The position numbers and the translations under genes were made by a program. The notes under the pieces were generated by a model. The model ran no database searches and was not told the DNA's origin. It saw only the letters and a program-made list of their open reading frames with translations. Source: a virus. Taken from it: a DNA stretch of 64,000 nucleotides. The stretch spans positions 1 through 64,000 of the IMG/VR virus record IMGVR_UViG_3300045988_098105; one strand, 5' to 3'. Positions 51,501-63,500 of this stretch are shown piece after piece (positions within the stretch are counted from its first letter, which is position 1; each line of letters opens with the position of its first letter).

Positions 51501-54500
51501 ACACCAGCAGGGCTTGACACCGGCACAGATTTACGATGCACTCATTCAGAATGGATTGCTCCAAGAAGAGTTAACCCCACTTGCCCAATATATTAATGCG
51601 AACGCTAGAGTGCAGGGTATGCAGCAGGCTACTGCTGATGCTATAGAGGAAAACGTGAAGAGCTTTATTTCTGATTGGAGCTATCACGGAACATTGAACG
51701 GTCAGGCGATGAATGGCGAGCAGGCTCTGTACGTTCAGGACAACAGCGGAAGAACACTTCTTGTTGGTTCGGGTGATGTTGCCTTCGACCAGACTTCAGG
51801 TAGAGCCAAGGAAGGCAGCGGTGATATGCTTGTCTGTCTAGACCCTAATACCAAGGGATTGGTTTATGTGAAGGCAGACGATGTTACTCTGGTTCTAAAC
51901 CAGCCTATCGACCAGTTTGCTGCAGAATATCGTCAGAGATTACAGATGAAGAACTCTGAGCCTTACAATCAGGCAGCACAGGAGCAGGCGATGCAGGATG
52001 CTGCAAAGCCTCAGCCAAAGGAGCAAGAGGCACCACAAGATAATACCACAAAATCGGAAGATAGTACCACAAAAGAGGGTGATTTAACAAAAGTTGATAC
52101 CACTTTAACAAAAGTTGATACCACATCGGGCGAAGATAATACCACAAATGAGAACTTAGCACCACAAGAGCAGCCTCAGCAGACCCGAAAGTTTGCCGAT
52201 GGTTCCGATGTTCCTATGGCTACGGATAGCAAGGGAAGACCTACACCAGACTATGCTAGTATGACTCCTGAACAGAGTGCGGAGATTCTTACTGAGGACT
52301 TCGGGGATAATGCTGAGAAGGTGGTGGACGGACAGATTAAGAAAGCTGAGAATGCTTTGAAGGATGCCGAGAAGATGAAGGTGGACTATACCGCCGAACC
52401 TAACGACATCATGGAGCAGGAGGCTTTGAAGAACCAGACCATTGAAGCTGCCAAGAAACAGTTGGACCACGCTCAGAATATCAAGAAGGCTATGACTGCC
52501 AAGAAGGTTGCTGAGACCGTGGGTAAGACAGAACAGACTGAGGGCGCACATGAAGCTGGTAGCGTGGCTGCACAGAAGTTTGTGAATGCGCCTAGACTTG
52601 TAGGCAACAAGCGCACGCGAATGCTGCCTGACGGAGAGACTAAGATTAAGGGTCACTATGAGATTGTTCCGGCTGAAAGTCTTACTCCTTCTCATGATGT
52701 GAATAACGACTATAAAAAATCTGAGGGATTCCCTACCGATGCTGAGGGCAGAACCGTGAATGACCGTGACTATGAGCACGACAAGGCGGCTCAGCAGAAT
52801 ACGGGCCAGATTGCCCGAAAGTATAATGGTATGGCTATCGAGAATGTGCCAGTTGTATCTGACGAGGGTATCGTTTATGATGGCAACGGCAGAACGATGG
52901 CAGGACAGAAGGCAGCAAAGGAAGGTACGGACGCTGAATACATCAACGACCTTCTGGAGAATGCCGAGAACTTCGGCTTTACCAGAGAGCAGATTGAGCA
53001 GAGCGGAATCGAGCATCCTCGTCTGGTTATGGTGACTGATGAGAGACTGCCTTACGATGCAGCTACCTTCGCTAAGTTCAACCGAAACGAGAAGAAGACT
53101 CAGAGCAATACCGAACAGGCGGTTGCCAAGGCTAAGACTTTGACTTCTGACGAGGTAGGCGCGATTGTTGCCGAGATTGAGGGAAATGGTTCTCTTGATG
53201 CTTTCTTTAACAATTCCAAGGCAATAAATGACTTGGTAAAGACGTTAGTAGATAAAGGCATCATCGGACAGAACGAGGTGGCACAGATGATGGATAGTCC
53301 TGAGCGACTTTCTGCACAAGGCAGGGAGTATGTGAAGAACCTTCTGTTGGGTTCTATCTTTAAGCCAGAGACTATCAGAATGCTGGGCATCGACTCTACG
53401 GTAAAGAATAAGGCTATCAACGCTATCCGCTCGGTAATGGACAACATGAAGCTGGGCGAGTTCTCTCTTCGTGATGAGATTGATCAGGCTATTCAGTTGC
53501 TCTACGAGGCAAGACAGGGCGGCAATAAGGTTGATACGTTGCTGAGAACACCGGACATGTTCGGTGAGGATGCGGCTAAGCGTTACTCTTCTATCTCTCA
53601 GATGATGGCTTTGGCCTTGGAGGGCAAGGTTTCTGATTTCAGAGATTTGCTTGACGAATACAACCGCATCGCTAAGGCTAGAAATACTGGCGAGGGCAAT
53701 ATGTTTGAGGCAGCTCCTACCAAGGAAGAGTTAATTAACGAGTATTTGAACTTTAAAAAATGGCAAGATTATGGAACAGGACATTCAGAAAATGAAAGAG
53801 GCAATGATGTTTCAGGCGTTGAAGAACCTCAACAGGAAGCATCAGGAGGAAATGAACCAGCCGAAGCTGAGCGACCAAGAGTAGAAGAGGCTGACGACTT
53901 AGTAAACAAGGAACTCGAAAGTCGCATTGAGGTGACGGACGAGGAAACCGAGACCCCATCAAAGTACGGTCCTATCATGAAGCAAAAGATTCTGATTGAT
54001 GGAGACAAGGAGGTTATCAAGGTTGATGAGCCAAACGAGAAGGGAGAATACACCGGCTCATACTATGAGTATGATGGCAAGAAGTTTGGTGACCTGAATG
54101 AGGTTGTAGAGCATATTGACGAGGCGAATGCAGATAAGTTGACTGATGTAGAATCTGATTGGCAAAATAAAATTGACGATTATATCGCCGAGCACTACCC
54201 ACACCATAATGGTGTTCGTTCTCGCACGCCAGAAGAGCAAGCTGCATACGATGCTGAGACTGAGGCAATGAAGAATGATCCAGTTTTGGCACAGATGCGC
54301 AAGGATGCTGAAAATGCTTATAAGGAAGCAGAAGGTCCTCTCCCACTTCTTCCTAAAGAAGAGAAGCCAGACCCTACTTTTGACCCGATTGCAGCGGCTG
54401 CTGCTGAGTTTAAGAAGGAACATCCTTTGACCGAGGATGAGATTATGAAGGCTGACGTGGATGATTTATCCAAGGATATGGCTCTTGATTATCTGAACGG

Positions 54501-57500
54501 TGAGGTGACAGATGATTTGCATCGTGCTATCTACGAAAGCATCTTTGCCAAGACCAGAGGGCAGAAGACTGAACCAAAGGTTGAGACTTCTAAAACGGAA
54601 CCATCTGCTGACCCTATGGAAGGAATCAAGAATGCAGCAGAAGGATTCGAGAAGGAGAAGAAAGCAAAAATCGAAAAGAAGCCTCAGCAAACTGCTGACG
54701 ATGCAGCAGTAGCGGCTTCCAACAAGAAGGTTAATGACCTTTGGAATATGCTCAAAAATGCCGGCAATGATGAAATGTCCGCTTCGTTTATTGGTCTTAA
54801 CTCTAGACAGCTGGAAGTATTGCCTAAGCTGGTGAGCGCCATGGCAGAGAATGCTTATCTGAGAATCAAGAGAGGTATGCACAATCTTGAAGACGTGGTG
54901 AAGGAAATGCGCAAGGAGTTTGCTCCTGCTGCCAAGCTCTTTAAGAAGGAAGACGTGGATGCCATCTATGAGCAGATGATGAATATCCGCTATCGCGATG
55001 GCGAGCAGCGCATGAGCTTGAAGGATTGGGCTGACTACTACGAGAAGACTTCACCTAAGCATCAGGAGAATCTGGTGGGTGACTCCAAGAGTGCCGAGGA
55101 AAGAAAGATGGCCGAGAAGAAGTTTATTGATGTCGTGAACCTACAGTTGGGCTTCAAACATAAGTTTAACGGAATCGTTGAACTGAGAAAGATAGCAGAG
55201 AGACTCGGTTTGAAGGACATTAAAGACACAGACCTTCAGGAGCTTGCAGAAACAGCTATTGTTAAGCGAGCAAGAGGTATTGCTTCTTCGGAGTCTACCA
55301 ACGATGCGGTGAAGTTTGAACGCATCAAGACGCTCTATGAGAATCAGCCGAGCCTCAACCAGAGAGATTCTGAGCGAGTGATGAAGCAGCAGTACTCTAC
55401 CCCTGCCCCTTACGCTTTCCTTGCAGATATGTATGTGAAGGGCAACGGCAAGGTGATTGAGAGTGCTCTGGAGCCTAGTGCCGGCAACGGTATGCTTACC
55501 ATCGGCTTGCCAATGGATAAGGTACATGTGAACGATATTGATGCCCAGCGATTGGCTAACCTGAGAAGACAGGGCTTCAAGAACGTGACGAGTCAGGACG
55601 GAACCCAGCCTTTTGCAGACAAGGACGTTGACGTGGTGGTTACAAATCCACCATTCGGTAGTGCTACCACTAAGGAGTATGACGGCTACAAGATTTCTTC
55701 TTTGGAAGGACAGATGGCTATCAATGCCTTGGAGAGCATGAAGGACGATGGCCGTGCTGCCATTATCATCGGCGGCAAGACGGAATACGCCAAGAACGGA
55801 AGTCTGAATCCGAAAGATAAGGCTTTCCTTGGTTATCTCTATAGCCACTATAATGTGGAGGACGTGATTAATGTGGATGGAAGTCTCTATGCAAAACAGG
55901 GAACCAGCTACCCTACACGTATTATATTAATAAACGGAAGACGCTTGAACGAGAATGCCTTTCCACCAGTAAAGGATAAGGCTAGAGCGGAAGCCGTGAA
56001 AGATTATGACGAACTTTATAAACGAATTGAAGATGATATACTACGAGGTGAACGGATGGATTCTTCCATCGGAGGAGAAACAAGAAGTGCTCAACCAGAA
56101 CTTGATAAACAAGGCGCTACTGGTACTCCTAAAGAGAGAGTACGAACAGGAGAACGAGGAGGAAGCAAACCAGATGGTGAGCGAGAGTCTGACTTATTTG
56201 ACTCCACTTCCGTATCAGGAACCCATGATGACTTGGAAAATCAACGAGGAACCGAGCCAAGACAAGATGGAGGACTTTCTGATGGAGATAGTAGAACAGA
56301 CGGAACAGGGACAGAGCCTTCTACAAGCAAAGAACCAACCACTGGAACCAATGAGCAGCGAGGAAATGGATCGGGAGGAGCTGGACGGAATGACACTCAG
56401 CCAAGTGCTGATGAACCTGCCAGCACCGGGAGCGGAAGCGGACCACGGGGACAATTACAGCGGGTGGACAAATCCGTACGTGGACTAAGTACTGAGAAAG
56501 TTACTTACGCCCCTAAGAGTGAAAACCCATTCACTCTGAAAGCAGTTATGCCTGCCGATCAGCAGGAGGCGGTAAACAAGAACCTTGAAAAGTTGGGCGA
56601 TGCAGACCAGTTCCTTGTTGATGAACTGGGCTATAATGATAAGGATGATTTGTATTCTCATCTTGCCGCAGAGCAGGTTGACTCTGTAGCCCTTGCCTTG
56701 CAGCAGGCAAAGAAGGGTAACGCATTCATCATCGGCGATATGACTGGTATCGGTAAGGGAAGACAGGCTGCTTCGCTTATCAGATACGCCAAGAAGCAGG
56801 GTCAGGTCCCTGTATATTTCACCAAGACAGCAGGATTGCTGAGTGATGTTTATCGTGACTTGGTGGATATTGGCAGCCCAGACCTAAGACCATTTGTATT
56901 CGGTAGTGCAAAGGAAGCTGCCATTACCGACTCAGACGGAAATGTAGTATTCGCTTTGCCATCGAAGAGCGAGGTGAAGCGTGTGCTCGACTACATCGAA
57001 AAGAACGGAAAACTACCAGACGAATACGACTATGTATTGACTACTTACAGCCAAGTAAGCAATGGTGTGTATGAGTTTGACGAGAATGGTGCCCGAAAAG
57101 AGAAGAAACTTGCGAAGGGTAAGACATTCGGCGCTGCTGCCCTTAGCGGACAAAGAAGACGTGATGCTATTGAAAAACTGATGGGTAACGCCTATCTTAT
57201 CCTTGATGAAAGCCACACGGCTGGTGGCAATAGCGGTCAGGGTAACTACTTCCAACACATTATTCAGAAGGCAAAGAACGTTACCTTCTTCTCTGCAACC
57301 TTTGCCAAGAGACCTGACAACATGCCTATCTATGCTTTGCGTACTGCCATGAATGAGGGCGGTATGAAATCATCCGACTTGATTGATGCGGTAAAGCGTG
57401 GTGGTGCAACCTTGCAAGAAATCATGAGCCAGACCTTAACACAATGCGGTCAGATGATTCGCCGTGAGCGAGATATGACTGGCGTAACCATCGACTGGAA

Positions 57501-60500
57501 GGCGATTGATGATCCTGAGCGAGTACAGGAACAGCGAGAACAGTATGATAGTATCATCGGTTTGTTTAATGATATTATCAATTTCCAAAAGAAATACGTT
57601 TCAAGTTACGTGGATGAGCGTAATGACGAGTTGGCTGCCATTCAGTCTACCATTGGAATCAAGAAGGGAACGGCTGCCCTGGGTATCAAGAATCAGCCAT
57701 TTGCCAGCAAGGCGTTCAATACCGTTCAGCAGGTTCTTCTCTCTCTGAAAGCGAAGTCTGCTGCAGAACGTGCAATCGACTATTTGAAGCAGGGTATGAA
57801 GCCTGTGATTGCGTTGAATAATACCAACGAATCGCAGACTGGCAATCTTGCGCTTGGTGAGGAAATGGACGCACCAGACTTGGGCACATCTTTGAAAAAG
57901 GGTCTGGAGGGTACACTTCGCTATACTCAGAAGGACGCAAAGGATAATAGTGAAAGCGGCTACATCAAGCTTTCTGATTTGGGTGATGAGGCAGTTGAGG
58001 CTTATCACGAACTGGAAAAGAAGATTGAGCAGACAAGTACCGGTCTTTCACTCTCCCCTATTGATGTTATCAAGAACGAGTTGCAGAAGGCAGGTTATAA
58101 GGTTGGCGAGCTGACCGGTAGACAGACCGAGTTCGTTTATAACGACAACGGAACTGTTACCAAGGTGAAGCGTGCTGATACAGACAAGAAGAAACTCGCG
58201 CGCGACTTTAACGATGGCAAGATTGATGCGCTTATTCTCAACAAGAGTGCAGCAACCGGTATTTCCCTTCATGCTTCGAGCAAGTATAAGGACCAGAAGA
58301 AGCGTGTGATGATCGTGGCGCAGCAGCAGCTTGACGTAAACGATGAGGTTCAGATGCGTGGACGTATCGACCGAACCGGTCAGGTGGCTAGAGGTGCATA
58401 CGAGTATGTGGTTTCCCTTATCCCTGCCGAGCAGCGACTGCTGATGATGTTTAAGGCTAAGTTGAAGTCACTTGATGCCAACACTACTTCTTCTCAGAAG
58501 AGTAAGTTCAACGAAATGGAAGTTGCCGATATTACCAATAAATATGGTGATAAGGTAGTTCGTGAGTATATGGCAGAGCATCTTGACCTTTATGCTCGCA
58601 TGGCTGATCCATTCGGATGGGAAAAGAGTAATGGCGATGATTTGTCTAGAATCGACCCACAGACTCTTGTTGCAAGCGGTAGCGGTGTTGGCGATGGCGA
58701 AGCTGGTGCCGATGCAAGCAAGTTGCTTGGGCGTATGGCTCTGCTGAGAGTTTCAGAGCAGGAGAAGATGTTGCAGGAGATTGGCGAGCTTTATGCCAAC
58801 GAGATTCAGCGACTCAACGAAATGGGTGAGAATGACCTTGAAATTACCGAGCTGCCTCTGAAGGCTAAGACTCTCCACAAGGAAGTTTGGAAGCAGGGTG
58901 CAGAGCCGGGCGGCGATAACGCCTTTGCTGACAACACCTATATAGAAAAGGTGAACATGGCCATCTTGAAGAAACCGATGAAGGCTTCTGAGGTGAAGGC
59001 TTCGCAGGAAGGCTTGACTGGCGGCAAGACATGGGATGAATACAAGACCGAGAAGAAGGCTGCCGTGAAGGAGTACTTCGACCAGAAGATTGCGGACGAG
59101 ACTCAGAAGTATGAGGAACGTGCCGTGAAGGCTGCAACCAAGGCTAAGGAGAAATATATCAAGGACGCTAAGAAAGGTCAAAAGGATTCGGGCATGAGCG
59201 ATGAGCAGATTGAGAAGATGGCTGGCTATCAGTATGACAACATCTACAAGCAGGAGAAAGATAAGCTGAACGATGTGGTGAAGAACCTGAAAGCCAAGGC
59301 TGAAATGTTTGAGCGTGTGCTTGATACCTTCGATACAAACCAGACTTTCGTTCTGCCTACAGATATGAATAACCCTAACGAGTTGAGCGGATTCGGTAAC
59401 AGTTATGGTAGACTTATTGACATCAAGATTACTGATAACTTCTCGCCTAACGCCTCTTCCGTTTCCTTTGCTACCTTGGATGGCAGAAGAAAGATTACAT
59501 TCCCTATCGCGGGTAAGGTGGGTTCTGGTGAAAACAAGGTGGATATTATCGGTTCTATCGACCGCATGACTAAGCAGGCTGCCGGTATGGGCGATAATCA
59601 TATCAAGGTATTGAACCAAGACCTTAATAATTGGGATAGACTGACGAGTAACGAGAGCCGCAAGGATGGCTATATTGTAACTGGTAATCTGATGCAGGCT
59701 CTGGTTGACAGTAAGGATCAGGGCTTGGGCGGTCAGCTGGTGAAATATACAACTGATACTGGCGAGGTGAAGACTGGTATCTTGATGCCAGATAGATTCG
59801 ACCCTAAGGGCTTGACTACAGATGCGCCTATCAACAGCGTAACAGAGAAGTTTGAACTTTCTTCTTGGCATGGTGGTATTGACGAGGTTACTTCATCGGA
59901 TGGTGAAGTAAAGGTGAAGCGTATAGACAACAATCGTGGTTACTACTATGAACTTCGTGTACCGAAGAGCAAGGCGAAGGGCGGCAAGTACTTCATGGAT
60001 AATGACTTGCTGAAACTGGTTAATGGTAATAACTTCGAGACAAGAGGTAACAATATGCTTGCTGAGTTCAAGCCAGAGCAGTTGAAGCCAGTACTGGACC
60101 GCCTGTCTAAGATGGGCGTGAAGGTGCAGGAGGAGCGCAATACTTCTGAGGATGAAGGCACCCACTTCCGTGAGGACCGAGGCTTTCAGTATTCTAAAAC
60201 AGATACAAAAGATGTTAAGAAAGGTAGAATCATTCCGGAAGATGTAGATAAAAACGTATCTTCGCAGATTGAAAAGAGATTCGATGATGAGGTTGAAAGA
60301 CTTTATGGTAGCATTTCCGACCATCCAAACGTAAAGAGATATGCAGAATTGATGGCAAATAAGTTTGCTAACAATCAATACGTTGATACTTTCGATTATG
60401 ACAAGAAGATGCAGCCAACGAAAAAGCATGATGGTCTGAAAACTATCATTGATTCTCTTGATAACAAACTTAAAGATATTGAAAAGAAGTATGGAATCAA

Positions 60501-63500
60501 GCAAAGTGACAACATCCGAGATATTGAAAGAAGGGTCAAGGAAGGACAGAGTTTGTCCGAAGCCATCGACGACTCCCGTACAAATGGGGGCAATGGTAGA
60601 CTACGGAATCACGCCGGAGGAAGTGATACAGGAAGAGAAGGAACTGGCGGAAGCGGAGAAAGAAATGCTATTAGAACGCTTGAAGGACTCAGGGTGCTCG
60701 ATGAGTACAAGCGAGCAGCAATTGATAAAGCAGCGGCTGAAAGAGCTAGAGAGTATCTTATCGAACGCTTCAACGACTTCCGACACAAATACGGTCTTGA
60801 AGAAGGAGACTGGGCTAGTCAGGATCTGGCAGAAAGGATATTCAATGATAACAACAGCGATAAGGACGTTCAGAAGATCTTTGATCGTATTAGAGGATTA
60901 GTAGAAATTCTCGGAACAAAGCTAAGACACGGAGCCGAGTCTGAAAATAGAGTTAAGGGATATTACAACCATCCTGAAAACTTTATTCATATCGACTCTG
61001 ACTTCTTATCAGCCATTCGGTTTACTAAGCAAGACTTAGCATCTACAGTTTGTCATGAAATGTTGCATGTTGTAACATCTGACATAATCAACCTTTACCG
61101 AAAAGGATATGGTGACTTGCTTACTGAATCACAAAGAAAGGCAGCTAAAGAGGTAGTTGATTTGTATGACGAAATAAAGTCTTACTTTGATAAGCATATC
61201 GGTGGTACTGAGCCTTACGCACTAAAAAATCCTGCCGAAATGATAACTGAGTTGGCTAACCCAGAATGGAGAAAGATAGCAGCTCAGATTCCTGCTCAAA
61301 AAGGATGGTTCAGAAGAGTTTTCAATGCCATTAAAAAGATGCTTGGATTCCACGTTGACACAACGACCGATCTAGACAGACTTGACAAAGCATTGGAGAA
61401 CGTAATCAGAAATTTTGATTATGAAAGATTCCAAAAGGGAGCCGAATTAAACAACGAGATTGTTGAAAGTAAGGTTACTGACCCTGAGTTAATCAAGCGA
61501 CTTGAAGAGGAGCCTAAGATTAAGGTATATCGTGCCATGCAGGTTATTGACGGAAAGCTTTATCCACCTATGGCTGCTTCTGTGGGCGGTAAACTTGTTG
61601 AGGCTAACGAACTTGGGCAGTGGATTCGTGCCGACGAGAACCCAGACTTGGCTATCCCGGATATTGACCCTAAGACTGGCGAACAGAAGGTAGACAAGAA
61701 GACCGGCGAACTGAAATGGAAATTCAAGCTTGACAAGGGCGGCAGGGATGCTACCGGCAAGAAGGCAACAGATATAAATGCAGCCTACAATCCTTACTGG
61801 CACATGTCTCGCTCTCCATTGAACGACCAGTTTAAATCGGCTTGGATTCGTCCTAACATCGTTGTCGTGGAATGCGAAACACCAGTTAGTGAACTTTCTA
61901 GCGGCTACAAGGCAGATAGAGCCAAGGATGCTGTGGGCGAAGTTGACTGGAAGAGCGGTAGCGTGAGCGGAGAGGTGTTCAAACAGACTGGCAGGGCTAG
62001 AAAGGTTATCCTCTCTCGTTGGTGTAAGCCTGTTAGAGTGCTCGATGATGCAGAGGTGGCTCAGAAAGCGAAGGGGTTTATCGGCGATGCGAAGGTTGAG
62101 ATTCCTGAGAATGTACTGACTCCTAAGCAGAGAATAGCCTTTGAGGAGGCTGGCTTTAAGATTGGTGCTCCTGAGAAGGGCGTGAAGAAATCAGAGCAGA
62201 TTATGGAAGCTCTGGAGAAGGGATTGACTATTGACAATACTGTTCTTCCAGATGATGGCACCAAGTTCCGCACGGACCACGGCGATGGCAACTACCCTAC
62301 TTCATCGGTTGAAAACCATGTAGAGAAGGTGGCTCAGAAGACTGGTGCAAAGGTGAACATGGTTTCATCAGTTGATGAAATCAACAACAAGGCAGCGAAG
62401 GCTGCCATTGAGAAAGGTAGAAAGATAACCGGTTGGTATGATGAGAAGACTGGCGAGGTGCATCTTTATATGCCTAATATCCACGATAGATATACTGCCG
62501 AGAAGACTATCTGGCATGAGGTGGTTGGACACAAGGGAATGAGAGAGTTGTTTGGTGATGAACGATTCGACAAGTTCCTTCGTGAAGTATGGTACGACTT
62601 GGATAAGCCTGAGAATGCGGCTTTGAAGAAGCTGGTGGATGAGGAGAGAAAGTTCAACCCTCTGAATATCTATGATGCCATTGAGGAAGGTATCGCCCGA
62701 CTCGCCGAGGATGGCAAGGGTGAAGCTGGCTTTTGGAATGGTATCAAGAATAAGGTATCTGATTTCCTTCATGAAATCGGTTATCGTATTGCTCCTAATA
62801 CTAAAGATGTGAAGTATCTGCTCTGGTTGAGCAAGAACTTGCAGAAGAATCCAAATGATCCTTATTGGAAACTGAGAGCCGAGGCGGTGAAATACCGTCT
62901 CGACCATGAGCGTATGCCTGCTGTCGTGGCGCATGACGGTATGTTCTACGGAAATGACGGAAAGGTTAGAAGTATGGATAATCTTACCAAGGCTGAGTGG
63001 AATGAGGCTACAGATGGTGAGATCCACTTCCGTACTACCCCATCTGCCGGCACGGCACTTGACAGATACCACCGTTCGCTCGGTGAACATGGCTATATGT
63101 TCACCGAGAGCTATATGGACAATATGCTTTCGCTGAAGAAGTTGATGAATGCGATTGTTCCTGACAAGAAGATTGAGGATATTGCCTCTTCGGAGAATCC
63201 TTATATCTTGCAGAGCACCATGCAGGGCGCGATGAGCGATGCGGCTCAGATGTTTGAGCGCAACGTGATGAAACCTCTTGATAAGGCCATGGCCGGCGTA
63301 CTGGATGCTTTCGATGGCAAGAAGGATGATGAGAAGATAAGAAACTTCAATCTCTACATGATTACCAAGCACGGTTTGGAGCGAAACCGTATCTTGTATG
63401 TGCGTGATGCCTTGAAGTATATGCGCATGAACGAGAAGACCAAGAAGCTAGCTGATACTGTGGAGTTCGATTGGAACAACGAGAAGGCTACCCTTGACGA

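Noticed and set aside
61525-61878. Possible ADP-ribosyltransferase (R-S-E) reading of KVYRAM ... HMSRSP ... VVVECE in the giant ORF
   Set aside because: It rests on three short, weakly spaced matches with no supporting secondary-structure evidence. It cannot be supported without a profile search.
48877-63372. Long minus-strand ORFs (48877..50469 at 530 aa, 52156..53016, 55141..55848, 58753..59871, 59893..60504, 62368..63372) opposite the giant ORF
   Set aside because: They have Leu/Ser/His/Arg/Cys-rich composition and no motifs. They lie antisense to a frame that stays open for 15 kb and carries clear enzyme motifs, so they are typical shadow ORFs.
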